From assembly GCA_910578845.1 (NCBI GenBank), contig CAJTSL010000012.1, positions 15,144 to 79,143 on the forward strand: a DNA stretch of 64,000 bases. Reading direction: 5' to 3'. Below, one piece after another: positions 49,940 to 60,516 of the stretch. This DNA comes from an uncultured Lachnospiraceae bacterium. Lineage in GTDB: Bacteria; Bacillota; Clostridia; Lachnospirales; Lachnospiraceae. The notes beneath the pieces were generated by a model, which was not told the DNA's origin, searched no databases, and saw nothing but the letters and a program-made list of their open reading frames with translations. The stretch's first letter is position 1; each line of letters begins with the position of its first letter. The translations under genes and the position numbers were made by a program.

Positions 49940-50767
49940 TCATCCTTTGATGCCACTGCTGGCAACTCCTTGGACGAAGAATTTCTGTCCTGCAAGGAAG
50001 ATGATCAGAACAGGGATTAAAGACAGCACGCTGGCGGCCATGACAAGGCCGTATTCAGCGGAGTACTGGGCGATGAACATTTTGATGCCCAGTTGTATCG
50101 TCTTATTTTCCGTGGTGTTAAAATAAATCATAGGCCCCATATAGTCATTCCAGATGGTCACGAAGCTGAAAATGGTCAGTGTGGCAATGCTAGGCTTTGC
50201 AAGGGGCAGCGCGATCTGAAAATAGTTGCCATATTCGCTCAGGCCGTCAATCCGTCCGGCTTCTAGAAGCTCGTTAGGAAGGGACATGAAGAACTGGCGC
50301 ATCAGGAAAACGCCAAAAGCGGTAAAACTCTGCATCAGTATGTAGCCTAAGTGGCTGTCCACCAGGTGAAGCTTGTTCATCATACTGTACTGCGGGAGCA
50401 TGTAAACCTGCCAGGGAATGGCGATGGTGGCTACATATAGTAGGAATAGCATGTCTCTGCCTTTGAACTTACATTTTGAGAAGCCATAGGCAGCAAAACT
50501 GGATGTTAGCACTTGTATGGCAGTGATGATCACAGTTAGTTTGACACTGTTAAAAACAAATCTTGCCAAAGGGATTTTTTCCCAGATCTTCGTGTAATTT
50601 TTGATCTGGGGATTTTTCGGGAACCAGTGGAAGACCAAGCTGAACACTTCGCTGTCTGTTTTAATGGATGCGCTCAACATCCACAGAAGAGGCATGAGCG
50701 TCAGGGCAGTCAAAAGAGCCAGAATCACATACATAATAGTTTTATATGGTAAAGTTTTTGTTTTCAC
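49940..50767 (-). CDS. Carbohydrate ABC transporter permease
   Basis: ELLEAGRIDG, WNDYMGP, QKFFVQGVASSGIKG. Confidence 0.9.
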   Translation of the reverse strand: MKTKTLPYKTIMYVILALLTALTLMPLLWMLSASIKTDSEVFSLVFHWFPKNPQIKNYTKIWEKIPLARFVFNSVKLTVIITAIQVLTSSFAAYGFSKCKFKGRDMLFLLYVATIAIPWQVYMLPQYSMMNKLHLVDSHLGYILMQSFTAFGVFLMRQFFMSLPNELLEAGRIDGLSEYGNYFQIALPLAKPSIATLTIFSFVTIWNDYMGPMIYFNTTENKTIQLGIKMFIAQYSAEYGLVMAASVLSLIPVLIIFLAGQKFFVQGVASSGIKG

Positions 50768-50788
50768 TTATCTGTTTCCTCCTGTTCC

Positions 50789-51694
50789 TTACATATAGCT
50801 GACCCATTTTTTCTCCATGCGGAATTGGAAAGCGGTGAGCGCAGCCACGATCAGGAATAGAACCATAGCGGCGGCGGAAGAGCGCCCATAACTCCAGGAG
50901 ATGAATGCTTGGTTATAAATATACTGGCTCATCATGGTCGATGCAGTACCTGGGCCGCCTTCTGTCATCAGGTAGACTAAGTCGAAGACTTTAAAGGAAT
51001 TGATGGTCAGCATCATCACGACAAAGAAGGTACTTGGCGTCAGCATGGGCAGCGTGATGCTTTTAAAACGCTGGAGGCTATTGGCGCCATCAATTTGGGC
51101 AGCTTCATAAAGCGAGCTGGGAATGTCTTGTAGGGCGGCAAGGTATACGATCATGAAATAGCCCATGTTTTTCCATATGTTAACGATGATTAAAGCTGGG
51201 ATGACCCAGTCGGTGCTGGCAGTCCATCCGGGCGGGTTGGCAATGCCAATGCTTCTTAGGAAGTTGTTGATAGGGCCGATATCCCGGAATAGGAAATTCC
51301 ATACGACCGCAACTGCCACATTAGAGGCTACGTAAGGGAAGAAGATAGCACACCGGAATATCGCTTTTCCCTTTAATTTCTGGTTGAGAAGGACTGCAAG
51401 GCCCAGGGAGGCACACATGGAGAAGAATACGGTGAAAATACTAAAGTAAGCCGTTTTACCGATGGAACCTTTGAATACTCTATCTTTAAAAATGGCAACG
51501 AAGTTGTCAAATCCTACGAATTTCATAGCATTAAATCCGTCCCACTCCGTTACGCTAAGGGCAAGTGAGAAAATGACCGGGATCAGGACAAAAATGAAAA
51601 AACCGATGAAATTGGGAAGGATAAAAGAAATCCCTACCAGTGTATTTCTCCTGCTCAGGGAGATTTGTTTTTTACTTTTTGCTTGCATGTTCAA
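50789..51694 (-). CDS. Carbohydrate ABC transporter permease
   Basis: LYEAAQIDGAN, FKVFD, TEGGPG. Confidence 0.9.
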   Translation of the reverse strand: MNMQAKSKKQISLSRRNTLVGISFILPNFIGFFIFVLIPVIFSLALSVTEWDGFNAMKFVGFDNFVAIFKDRVFKGSIGKTAYFSIFTVFFSMCASLGLAVLLNQKLKGKAIFRCAIFFPYVASNVAVAVVWNFLFRDIGPINNFLRSIGIANPPGWTASTDWVIPALIIVNIWKNMGYFMIVYLAALQDIPSSLYEAAQIDGANSLQRFKSITLPMLTPSTFFVVMMLTINSFKVFDLVYLMTEGGPGTASTMMSQYIYNQAFISWSYGRSSAAAMVLFLIVAALTAFQFRMEKKWVSYM

Positions 51695-51771
51695 AGCAGT
51701 TGCCTCCTTTCAAAAAACTTTGTAGATTATAGAAGGCGGCATAGTTTCTGCCGCCTTTTGCTTAAACAGTT

Positions 51772-53172
51772 TTATTTACCCTGTATTTCTTTGCTTCTTT
51801 CTGCCATTTCAGCAAGTCCATCGTCAATGGAAAGTTCTCCGATCATGATTAAGGAGTGCTCTTCCCCTAACATCTGGTTTACTTCAGCGGATTTTTCATC
51901 CAACGGACGGTCTAAAGCAATATTTTTGGTGACAAGAGCTTCTGCCGCGCCTTCAGGCATACCATCTAACCCTGCGATCACTGCGAGAATGCTGTCATCT
52001 TTCATAGCAGGAATGTCACCGTTTTCTGAATAAATCTTAGCGCCTTCTTCTCCACAGGCGAATTTTATGAATTCCCATGCTGCTTCTTTGTTGCTAGAAT
52101 TTGCATTAATCCCAAGAGGAGTTGTGGAGCCAACCGTATATCCGGCCTCTAAGTTATCTGCATGAGGAAGAGTAGCGATTCCCCAGTTTACAGAACATTC
52201 CCCAGCGTTTATTTTACTGATCATAGTAGCCATAAACCAAGTTCCCATCGGCATCATTGCTACCTGGCCTTGCTGGAAGGGACTAGAGTAGTGGATGTTT
52301 CCTGTCTTTAAAGTGGAAAAGTCCATAATCGTTCCTGCGTCCTGCATGCGCAGAGCCATTTCATAATAAGGCTTGAAGAATGTGTAATCTGTATCGAGAA
52401 TAGTATGCTCGCCATCTTGTACGCCCCAGTTTTGGACACATGCCTGCCATGTGTGAAGCAGGGCGCCATATTTCTTATCATTGCCTTCGCCACTGGTTAC
52501 TTTTGCTGCCAGTTCCTCGAATTCTGCCCATGTCATATCATTGGAAGGATAAGGTACATTTGCTTCATCGAAAATGTCCTTATTGTAGTATAAGAGATAG
52601 AATCCGGTAGAAATAGGAAGGGCAACTTGTTTACCGCCTATGTTCAGCCTTGAGGCAACGCCGTTGTATGCATCTAGGTCAATGCCATCTCTTTCGATGT
52701 AAGGCGTCAGGTCTTCAAGCTGTCCCCTGGCAGCGATGGAAGGGGTAGTATCTGCATCTTTGATCCATACAACATCCAGATCATTGCCGCCGTTTAACAT
52801 AACGGTCAGTTTCTGTGTATAATCCGCAGAGGCAATATCAATCAGCTCCACTTTAATGTTGGGATGAGCTGCTTCAAAAGCTTCAATAAGAGGAGCGGTA
52901 GTCGCAATTGTTGTAGCATCCCATGTCGCAATTTTCAAAGTCACTTCTTCGGCAGAGGTATCTGCTTCTGGTGCAGCAGGCTCTTCTTTGTCTGAAGCAT
53001 TATCCGTCTGGGCGGTGTTAGCTTCTTCGGTGGACGTGTTTGCCTCTGTGGTGGAAGATTCTGTATTATTTACATTTTCAGCCGGTTTGTTCCCGCAGCC
53101 TGCAAGCATGCTTCCTACTAATGTCAATGCCAGAGCTGACGCTAAAAATTTTCTGCATATTCTGTTTTTCAT
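51772..53172 (-). CDS. Sugar ABC transporter substrate-binding lipoprotein
   Basis: Lipobox MLAGC, FEAAHPNIKVE, LYYNKDIFD, AAWEFIKF; RBS AAGGAG. Confidence 0.9.
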   Translation of the reverse strand: MKNRICRKFLASALALTLVGSMLAGCGNKPAENVNNTESSTTEANTSTEEANTAQTDNASDKEEPAAPEADTSAEEVTLKIATWDATTIATTAPLIEAFEAAHPNIKVELIDIASADYTQKLTVMLNGGNDLDVVWIKDADTTPSIAARGQLEDLTPYIERDGIDLDAYNGVASRLNIGGKQVALPISTGFYLLYYNKDIFDEANVPYPSNDMTWAEFEELAAKVTSGEGNDKKYGALLHTWQACVQNWGVQDGEHTILDTDYTFFKPYYEMALRMQDAGTIMDFSTLKTGNIHYSSPFQQGQVAMMPMGTWFMATMISKINAGECSVNWGIATLPHADNLEAGYTVGSTTPLGINANSSNKEAAWEFIKFACGEEGAKIYSENGDIPAMKDDSILAVIAGLDGMPEGAAEALVTKNIALDRPLDEKSAEVNQMLGEEHSLIMIGELSIDDGLAEMAERSKEIQGK

Positions 53173-53314
53173 AGTCGCTATGACTCCTTTCACTTTTTCA
53201 TGTTCCTCTCGTCCGGAAGCGATTACTGAGGGCCCAACAGTAGATGATTTCCGCTGACGAGATAATTATATTATTATTTCATTTTTTTTGAAACTGACAA
53301 TTCCAATCTGTTTG

Positions 53315-53386
53315 AATACTTTTTTTGAATTATAGAAAAGAATAGAAAAAGAATAATACTTTTTTTGAAAGTAATACTTTTTTAGA
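53315..53386. promoter_or_regulatory. Triple direct repeat, candidate response-regulator binding sites
   Basis: AATACTTTTTTTGAA at 53315 and 53355, AATACTTTTTTAGA at 53373, between divergent SBP and kinase genes. Confidence 0.45.
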
Positions 53387-53481
53387 CAAAAGAGTTTCTT
53401 TGCGGAAATCTCTTTTTAAATGTGGTATACTCTTTAGAAAGAATCGAACAATTAAATTGATCTGAGACATGGAGATATTCA

Positions 53482-55254
53482 TTGATGAAGATAAAAGACA
53501 GTATTACCATAAAAATACTTGCTTCTATGTCAATTTGTATTATCCTGTTTTCTTCCTTTGGCATTTTTACAGCGTCTACTCTTTTTAGTTCCCGGCTTAC
53601 ACAGAAGGCAATGCAGGTAAACGAGCAATATTTGGCGGTTATTGCAAACCAGTTGGAAAGTGACATCCAAGAGCTACAGAAGCTTTCCGGCCTTTGTTCC
53701 GTTTCCCAGAGCATTGTGGAGGCTTTGCGCTGCAAGGATATGAGCTCTAGTACGATCCGCAAAAAATGTCTGGATGCGCAGTTAGAGCTGGATAACTTTG
53801 CGTCCTCGACGCCACTGTATGAATATTTACGGCGGATAGCTGTCCTTAATCTGGATCAGATTCAAATTGCTTCTCCGGTAGGGAGCGTTGCATGGACAGA
53901 TGGGGAATGGTATTTCCTCAAAGAGTATCTGGAAGCTGATAAGGATAAGATTTCGCTGGCTCCGCTCTATTGCGGATATTCCCTGCTTAGCCCCGGGGAA
54001 AAGGACGGGCTCTCATTCCTGGCGCCTTTATCTACGATACCTGGCGGGTATTTGTATGTAGAACTGGATGAGAACGTTTTGAAGGATCAGCTTCTTCCTT
54101 ATGAAAACCTGAGAGAGATATTTATTACGAATGAAACTTATAGCCGGTTTCTGGCTTCCTTCCCCGTAAGCGCAGAGGGGATTTCTAATCTCATAGAGGA
54201 GCTGGAAAAGCCGTCCGGCAGCAAAATACATTTTAATAAGCATGTTTATCTGCTCAGCAGCCGTTCCATATCCCGGTTTGGCATATGGGTAGGCAGCTTG
54301 ACGGACGTGACGGTTACTGCGGGGGATAATCTATATATTTTCTATATCCTGCTTATTTTGCTCGTTACGACGATTACCGCCAGTATTCTGGTATCCAGGC
54401 TTTTGACAAGCCATATTACAAAACCGATCAAAGTCTTAAACGGGCATATACGCAAGTTGTCAGAAACCAGTGATTTCTCTAAAAACCCGGAGATAGAAAT
54501 GTCTTCTGATGAAATTGGCGAGATTGGCAGGGCAGTGAACCATATGGCGGATCATATCGGACAATTGCTGCGGCAGCAGGCGGAAATGTATGAACAGCAG
54601 AAGAACATTGAGATATCTTTGTTACAGAGCCAGATTAACCCGCACTTTCTTTACAATACGCTGGATTCTATCCGTTGGATGGCGACGATACAGGGAAGCA
54701 GGAATATCGCGCAGACCACCCACGCGCTAGAGCATTTATTGCGCAATATTGCCAAGGGAGTGGGGGATAAGGTTACGCTCAGGGAGGAACTTGGACTGGT
54801 GGGAGATTATATCCATATCCAACAGGTGCGGTATGTCGAAATCTTTGATTATATTTGTCAAGTCCCGGAGGAGCTTTTGGATTGCCTGATCATCAAGTTT
54901 ACACTACAGCCGATTGTGGAAAATGCCATTTTACATGGGATTGAGCCTATGAAACAGTTCGGGGAAATTGAGATCAGCGCAAGGAGAGAGGGAGAAGATC
55001 TCTATATTGCGATTGAGGACAATGGCGTAGGCATGACAGAAAGCGAGCTGGAAATGCTCGCTGCATCCTCTTTTAATACGAATAAGAATGCATTAAGCGG
55101 CATTGGCGTCTCTAATGTGGATGCTCGATTAAAGCTCAATTATGGAGATGCTTATGGCCTGACATATGAAAGTTCCCCGGGAGAGTTCACACGTGTTACG
55201 ATTCACATTCCGAAGGAGGAAAAGGTTAATGTACAAGATTCTGATCGTAGATGA
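53482..55254 (+). CDS. YesM-like sensor histidine kinase
   Basis: LQSQINPHFLYNTLDSI, LQPIVENAILHG, EDNGVG, GIGVSNV. Confidence 0.9.
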   Translation: MMKIKDSITIKILASMSICIILFSSFGIFTASTLFSSRLTQKAMQVNEQYLAVIANQLESDIQELQKLSGLCSVSQSIVEALRCKDMSSSTIRKKCLDAQLELDNFASSTPLYEYLRRIAVLNLDQIQIASPVGSVAWTDGEWYFLKEYLEADKDKISLAPLYCGYSLLSPGEKDGLSFLAPLSTIPGGYLYVELDENVLKDQLLPYENLREIFITNETYSRFLASFPVSAEGISNLIEELEKPSGSKIHFNKHVYLLSSRSISRFGIWVGSLTDVTVTAGDNLYIFYILLILLVTTITASILVSRLLTSHITKPIKVLNGHIRKLSETSDFSKNPEIEMSSDEIGEIGRAVNHMADHIGQLLRQQAEMYEQQKNIEISLLQSQINPHFLYNTLDSIRWMATIQGSRNIAQTTHALEHLLRNIAKGVGDKVTLREELGLVGDYIHIQQVRYVEIFDYICQVPEELLDCLIIKFTLQPIVENAILHGIEPMKQFGEIEISARREGEDLYIAIEDNGVGMTESELEMLAASSFNTNKNALSGIGVSNVDARLKLNYGDAYGLTYESSPGEFTRVTIHIPKEEKVNVQDSDRR

Positions 55255-56833
55255 TGAGCCTATTATCCTATCAGGGATTAAGTTTCTGGTTGACTGGGAG
55301 AAGAATGGCTGTACGATTATGGATACAGCGCGTAATGGGAAAGATGCCCTGGAGAAAATCAGGCAATGCCTGCCTGATATCGTATTGTGCGACATTAGCA
55401 TGCCCGTAATGGATGGGATTAGCCTGCTTCAGATTGTCAATGATGAGTTCCCTTCGGTTGTTTTTCTGATGCTCACTAATTTGCAGGAGTTTGTGCTTGC
55501 TAAAAATGCGATTCGCTACCGTGCAGTGGATTATTTAGTAAAGAACCAATTAACGGCAGAGCTGCTAGAAGAGAGCCTGGCAAAAGCAAAGAAAGAATAT
55601 GACACCAGGAACAAGTTTGTACAGGCAGAGAAACTTTCTTATCTGGAGATGAAGAAGCATAAAGAGCTTCTTCAGGCATCTTGTCTGGAACTGTTGTTTT
55701 CGACAGATGCTTCCACATTAGAAGTGATAGAGAAAGTACTGTTAGAGAATAAAATGTTAGACAGCTATGGGATTATTTATATTCCTTTTAATTATGGCTC
55801 GCTTCCCGGCTGTAGAGGACTGACCTATGAGGCGAAGAGCAGCCTGACGGCATGGGAAAAGGAGCTTACGACACATCTTGCGGATAATCTTTTTGATACA
55901 AAATATCTTTATATACCGACCGGGCAGAATGACTGCCTGACTATTTTTGTCTGGGGGACTAAGGGAGATTGGGAGCGGCATATAAACATCCTGGCGTCTA
56001 AACTGGAAAGCGCATCCGAAAATATCACGCAGATCATGCCTGCGGTCTGTGCCACGCCCTGTTTTAACGGCGCCGGTCAGCTTTCCGCCTGTAGAGAGGC
56101 TTATTTCTACTGTGTAGAATACTTCTATCTGACCGGGAATACCGGGATTTGCCGCAAAGAATCCGGGGACGATTCTCTCCATGCGGCGTTTGAGCCTTTA
56201 GGATTGACAGGGATCGGTTCTCAACTGGAAGCGGAGCTAAACAGCCGTAATCTTACTGGCTGTATGCTGCTGCTGGACAGAGCGATTGAGCGTATCTTGG
56301 CTACAATCCATCAAAAGAGCCAGGCAGTGTGGCTATGCAATGAGCTGCATAGGGCGGCTGCAAAGGTACAGGGACTGGGCGATCTCACAACCGGGGGTTA
56401 TTCGGAGATTAAAGCATTTATGACAAGAGAGCAGGTAATCCTATGGATAGAGAGGCTGAAAGAAACGTTGACAGATTTGCTCTGGGAACAGTCCTCCTAT
56501 AAATCGCTTCCGGTGGAAAAGGCAAGGCAGTATGTGTATGACCATGTGGAAGAGCACATCAGCTTACAGGAAGTGGCAAATGAGGTCAGCATTTCAGCAG
56601 GATATCTGTCAACGCTTTTTAAGAAACAGTACAATCAGAGCTTTATCAGTTTTATCAATCAGGTCAAGGTAGAAAGAGCCTGCCAGCTAATCCGGGAGAG
56701 GAAATATCTCATCAGTGAGATTTCATACCGGCTTGGCTTTGAGAATGCGTATTATTTTGCAAAGGTCTTCCGGCGCTATACGGGCATGTCCCCTAGCGAG
56801 TGGGAAAAGGAGAACGGAGAAGAGAAGAAATAG
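55229..56833 (+). CDS. YesN-like response regulator (REC + AraC)
   Basis: MYKILIVDDE, CDISMP, ISYRLGFENAYYFAKVFRRYTGMSP. Confidence 0.92.
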   Translation: MYKILIVDDEPIILSGIKFLVDWEKNGCTIMDTARNGKDALEKIRQCLPDIVLCDISMPVMDGISLLQIVNDEFPSVVFLMLTNLQEFVLAKNAIRYRAVDYLVKNQLTAELLEESLAKAKKEYDTRNKFVQAEKLSYLEMKKHKELLQASCLELLFSTDASTLEVIEKVLLENKMLDSYGIIYIPFNYGSLPGCRGLTYEAKSSLTAWEKELTTHLADNLFDTKYLYIPTGQNDCLTIFVWGTKGDWERHINILASKLESASENITQIMPAVCATPCFNGAGQLSACREAYFYCVEYFYLTGNTGICRKESGDDSLHAAFEPLGLTGIGSQLEAELNSRNLTGCMLLLDRAIERILATIHQKSQAVWLCNELHRAAAKVQGLGDLTTGGYSEIKAFMTREQVILWIERLKETLTDLLWEQSSYKSLPVEKARQYVYDHVEEHISLQEVANEVSISAGYLSTLFKKQYNQSFISFINQVKVERACQLIRERKYLISEISYRLGFENAYYFAKVFRRYTGMSPSEWEKENGEEKK

Positions 56834-57006
56834 GATGACGTTGCCAAAGATGGCCTGAAAAGCAACGGTTCACATGTTGGAAATAAGTGGGAGCAATGAT
56901 GCAAAAATGATGCAAAAATGATGAAACTTTGATGCAAGGAGAAGGTAATATCATAGGGAGAGAAATATGAAAAATGTAAAATAATTCATGGAAAGGATGA
57001 TAACCT

Positions 57007-57135
57007 ATGTATACCGAAATGTATATTGGCAGAGAAGAGAAAAGCGATAAGAAGAAACTAGTCAAGGCAGGCGGCATTATTTTGTGGGTGGCAATGATCG
57101 GCATTGTGATGCTTTTCACATGCTTATCTATTTGA
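57007..57135 (+). CDS. Small single-TM protein (42 aa), not in the ORF track
   Basis: RBS GAAAGGA; MYTEMYIGREEKSDKKKLVKAGGIILWVAMIGIVMLFTCLSI*. Confidence 0.5.
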   Translation: MYTEMYIGREEKSDKKKLVKAGGIILWVAMIGIVMLFTCLSI

Positions 57136-57237
57136 GGGCTTGCGCTAGAAGCATTAGAAATTGATTCTTCAAAACGGGGAAATACATAAAGCGGATGATA
57201 GAGCCAGGAACCGGACATAGCAGAATAGAGGAAAATA

Positions 57238-58182
57238 ATGAAGAAAAGGCAAATGATAACAGCGCTTCTGTTGGCGGCAGTATTGACAGGATGCGGGCAA
57301 AGCGCTCAGGCAGGGCAAGAGGTAAAGATACAAACGGGAGAGTGGATCCGGCTAAATGGGCTGCAATGCAGTGCTACTGATGTGTCAAGTAATAATAAAG
57401 TGACAGATAAGCTGCAACCATTGCTGGCTCAGGAAGAGGAAGCAGGCGCTATAGCGGACAATGACATCACAACGGAAGCTTCTATACAAGGAAGTGGCTT
57501 CGGTGACGTTACGACGATGGATAATAGCGTTAACGGAAGGGAGCTGCCGATTTATTGCGTAGAGACGGATGAGAAGAAAGTAGCGCTAAGTTTCGATGCA
57601 GCTTGGGGAAATGAAGATACAGCCGAAATCTTGGCTATTTTGAAAGCGCATAATATCCATGCGACATTTTTTATGACCGGAGGATGGGTAGAGAGCTATC
57701 CGGAAGATGTGAAGGCAATTTTAGCAGATGGACATGACTTAGGGAATCATAGTGAGAACCATAAAAACATGAGTGAGATCTCCGATGCGGAAAAAGAGGA
57801 GGAACTGATGGCAGTACACCGGAAGGTGAAAGAGATTACCGGGTATGACATGTTCCTTTTCAGGCCGCCTTATGGTGATTATGACAATGCGTTGATTGAG
57901 GTAGCGAAAGAATGTAGCTACTATGCAATCCAGTGGGATGTAGACAGCCTCGATTGGCAGAACAAAGGCCTGGATAATATCATCGAAACCGTAACGATGC
58001 ATAAGAACCTTGGGAACGGCAGCATTATTCTATGCCACAACGGAGCGGAATATACGGCGCAGGCGCTTGATGGGCTGATTACTGGTTTAGAGGCGAAAGG
58101 ATATGAGATAGTGCCAATTTCCCGGTTGATTTATAAAGATCATTATCATATGAAGGCGGACGGGACACAGGTGTCGGGGTAG
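57238..58182 (+). CDS. Polysaccharide deacetylase (CE4, PdaA/PdaB-like) lipoprotein
   Basis: Lipobox VLTGC; ALSFDAAWG, GNHSENH, FRPPYG, WDVDSLDW, IILCHNG. Confidence 0.88.
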   Translation: MKKRQMITALLLAAVLTGCGQSAQAGQEVKIQTGEWIRLNGLQCSATDVSSNNKVTDKLQPLLAQEEEAGAIADNDITTEASIQGSGFGDVTTMDNSVNGRELPIYCVETDEKKVALSFDAAWGNEDTAEILAILKAHNIHATFFMTGGWVESYPEDVKAILADGHDLGNHSENHKNMSEISDAEKEEELMAVHRKVKEITGYDMFLFRPPYGDYDNALIEVAKECSYYAIQWDVDSLDWQNKGLDNIIETVTMHKNLGNGSIILCHNGAEYTAQALDGLITGLEAKGYEIVPISRLIYKDHYHMKADGTQVSG

Positions 58183-58210
58183 ATGAAGCTTGTAACCGTT
58201 AGCAAACTTG

Positions 58211-58239
58211 CAGCCGGCGCCCCTAAGGGACGCCGGCTG
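58211..58239. terminator. GC-rich hairpin between convergent genes
   Basis: CAGCCGGCGCCC-CTAA-GGGACGCCGGCTG. Confidence 0.55.
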
Positions 58240-58251
58240 TCAGTTCCTAAA

Positions 58252-59319
58252 TTAATATGTCATTGCCTTTTCTTCTCCGTTTAGTACGCGAAGCCCGCCC
58301 TGTACGAGAGCGAGAAGCTCGTCTTCGCCCGGATATACTGTCATCGGGGCAATCCATTCTGCTCTTTCTTTTAATCCCGCAACAACGACTTTGTCATAAG
58401 CGATCCCGCCTGTTACGATGATCTGGTCAACTTTTCCGTTAAGGACACACGCCATGGAGCCGATGTCTTTTGCGACTTGCATAATGAATGCCTCGCGGAT
58501 TTCGGCTGCTTTCGTATCGCCACCCTGGACTTTTTTCTCTACGTCGCGCATATCGTTCGTGCCGCAATAGGCGTTGAAGCCGCCGCCACCGACGATTTTC
58601 TTATATACTTCTTTCTCGGTATACTGACCGGAGAAGCACATCTTAATCAGCGCGCCGCTTGGAACCGCACCGGCTCTTTCCGGAGAGAATGCGCCGTCGC
58701 CGTCTAAGGCATTGAACACGTCAACTACTTTACCTTGTTTATGTGCGCCTACGGAAACACCGCCGCCCATATGAACGACTACTAAATTCAGGGAATCGTA
58801 AGCTTTGCCGCTTTCTTTCGCGTAGCGTTTTGCCACTGCTTTCTGGTTCAGGGCATGGAACACGCTCGTTCTGGGAAGCTCCGGGACACCGGAATACCTG
58901 GAAGCGGGCTCTAATTCGTCTACTACGACAGGATCTACGATATAGGCTGGGACGCCGATAGAATCGCCGATTTCTTTGGCAAGGATGCCGCCTAAGTTAG
59001 AAGCGTGCTGTCCCTGTACACCGACCTTTAAGTCTTCTAACAACGCGTCGCTTACTTCGTATGTGCCGCCGGGAATCGGTTTTAACATACCGCCACGTCC
59101 AACAACCATGTTGAGGGAGTGGATGTCAAAGTCTTTTTCCTTTAACAGATTGACGATAATGTCTTTGCGGAAATCCTTCTGGTCTACGATAGAAGCGTAC
59201 TGCGCGATTTCTTCCGTAGAATGTCTGAGCGTTTCTTCGAATAAGAGAGTCTCGTCTTCGAAAACGCCGATTTTGGTTGATGTGGAGCCTGGGTTAATAA
59301 TTAAACTTTTTACAGACAT
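58252..59319 (-). CDS. buk: Butyrate kinase
   Basis: [45 protein letters not shown]. Confidence 0.95.
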   Translation of the reverse strand: MSVKSLIINPGSTSTKIGVFEDETLLFEETLRHSTEEIAQYASIVDQKDFRKDIIVNLLKEKDFDIHSLNMVVGRGGMLKPIPGGTYEVSDALLEDLKVGVQGQHASNLGGILAKEIGDSIGVPAYIVDPVVVDELEPASRYSGVPELPRTSVFHALNQKAVAKRYAKESGKAYDSLNLVVVHMGGGVSVGAHKQGKVVDVFNALDGDGAFSPERAGAVPSGALIKMCFSGQYTEKEVYKKIVGGGGFNAYCGTNDMRDVEKKVQGGDTKAAEIREAFIMQVAKDIGSMACVLNGKVDQIIVTGGIAYDKVVVAGLKERAEWIAPMTVYPGEDELLALVQGGLRVLNGEEKAMTY

Positions 59320-59358
59320 GTTTTCACTACACCTTTCTTTATTTTTTGGTTACAAGTT

Positions 59359-60279
59359 TTATTGCTGTCCTTTCATGCTTTCTGCGACAACTGCGCCAAG
59401 AGCGATGGAGTTTACTTTGGTTTCGAAATCATCGGAACGGGACGTTAAGATGACGGGCGCTTTGGTACCGGTCAGGATATTGCCGTTCTTTACTTTTGCC
59501 GTATGTACGAGGCATTTATAGACAAGGTTTCCGGCATGGATGTCAGGGAAAAGGAGGATGTCAGCGTCTCCTACGATTTTCCTGTCTTCAGCATGTTTGT
59601 GCTTTGCAGCTTCTGCGTCGATCGCAAGGTCTAAGGATAGCGGGCCGTCTATGATGCAGCCAGTGATCTTGCCTTCTTCACACATCTTGGTCAGTTCGGC
59701 TGCTTCGACAGTAACAGGCATCTTCGGATTGACTACTTCAACTGCCGCAAGCGGCGCTACCTTCGGGTTAGGGATGCCGCAGGCATGGCATACAGCAACA
59801 GTATTCTCTACAATATGCACCTTCTCTTCTAACGAAGGATATGTTAAGAAAGCAACGTCCGATAAGAACAGAAGATGGTCAATACCTTCAATTTCGAACA
59901 CACATACATGGGATAGCGTTTTGCCGGTGCGCAAACCGACTTCTTTATCCAGTACGCTCTTTAAGAAAGATTTGGTGTCGATTAAGCCTTTCATATACAT
60001 GTCGGCTTTACCTGTATGTACCAGTTCAACTGCTTTTAAGGCTGCTGTATAGTCTTCTTTCTCATCAATGATTTCAAAGCCATCGAGAGACATATTGATG
60101 GAAGCTGCCACTTCCTTGATTTTGTCTGCGTCACCGACTAGGATCGCTTCTGCGATATTACGTTCTTTGGCAGCCTGTACCGCCTCTAAAACGGCGCTGT
60201 CTTGCGCAACCGCTACAGCGACTTTTTTTACGCTGCATTCAGATACTTTTGAAATTAAGTCGTCAAAACTCTTGCTCAT
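59359..60279 (-). CDS. ptb: Phosphate butyryltransferase
   Basis: MKGLIDT, AAVEVVNPKM, DGPLSLDLAI, PDIHAGN, LTSRSD; directly upstream of buk. Confidence 0.92.
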   Translation of the reverse strand: MSKSFDDLISKVSECSVKKVAVAVAQDSAVLEAVQAAKERNIAEAILVGDADKIKEVAASINMSLDGFEIIDEKEDYTAALKAVELVHTGKADMYMKGLIDTKSFLKSVLDKEVGLRTGKTLSHVCVFEIEGIDHLLFLSDVAFLTYPSLEEKVHIVENTVAVCHACGIPNPKVAPLAAVEVVNPKMPVTVEAAELTKMCEEGKITGCIIDGPLSLDLAIDAEAAKHKHAEDRKIVGDADILLFPDIHAGNLVYKCLVHTAKVKNGNILTGTKAPVILTSRSDDFETKVNSIALGAVVAESMKGQQ

Positions 60280-60387
60280 TTTCTCCTCCATCCCGAAGTA
60301 TTCAACTTTACACCTCGTATTAATATTTTAATAAGTAAGTATAATATACAAAAAAATAGTATCACTTATTGGAATAAAAAGCAAATA

Positions 60388-60416
60388 TTGAATTTATACG
60401 GTAAATCTGCTACAAT
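60388..60416 (+). promoter_or_regulatory. Sigma-A promoter of secA
   Basis: TTGAAT, 17 bp spacer, TGcTACAAT. Confidence 0.55.
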
Positions 60417-60516
60417 AGACCTTGGTATTTTCTGTAAAAAGGAAATAGAGTTGCATTTCGGCAAAGCCAGATTGTAACAGATTGGTACGCGCATCTATGC
60501 GCAGATGGGAGCAGAA

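Noticed and set aside
56930..57195. Sporulation sigma promoters (GGTAATATCATA, GGGAAATACATA) near the deacetylase
   Set aside because: The -10-like words lack convincing, correctly spaced -35 elements by eye.
58976..60331. Long antisense ORFs over ptb-buk, and similar ones over gatB, guaB, secA and trpB
   Set aside because: Shadow ORFs opposite well-conserved genes, with no recognisable motifs.
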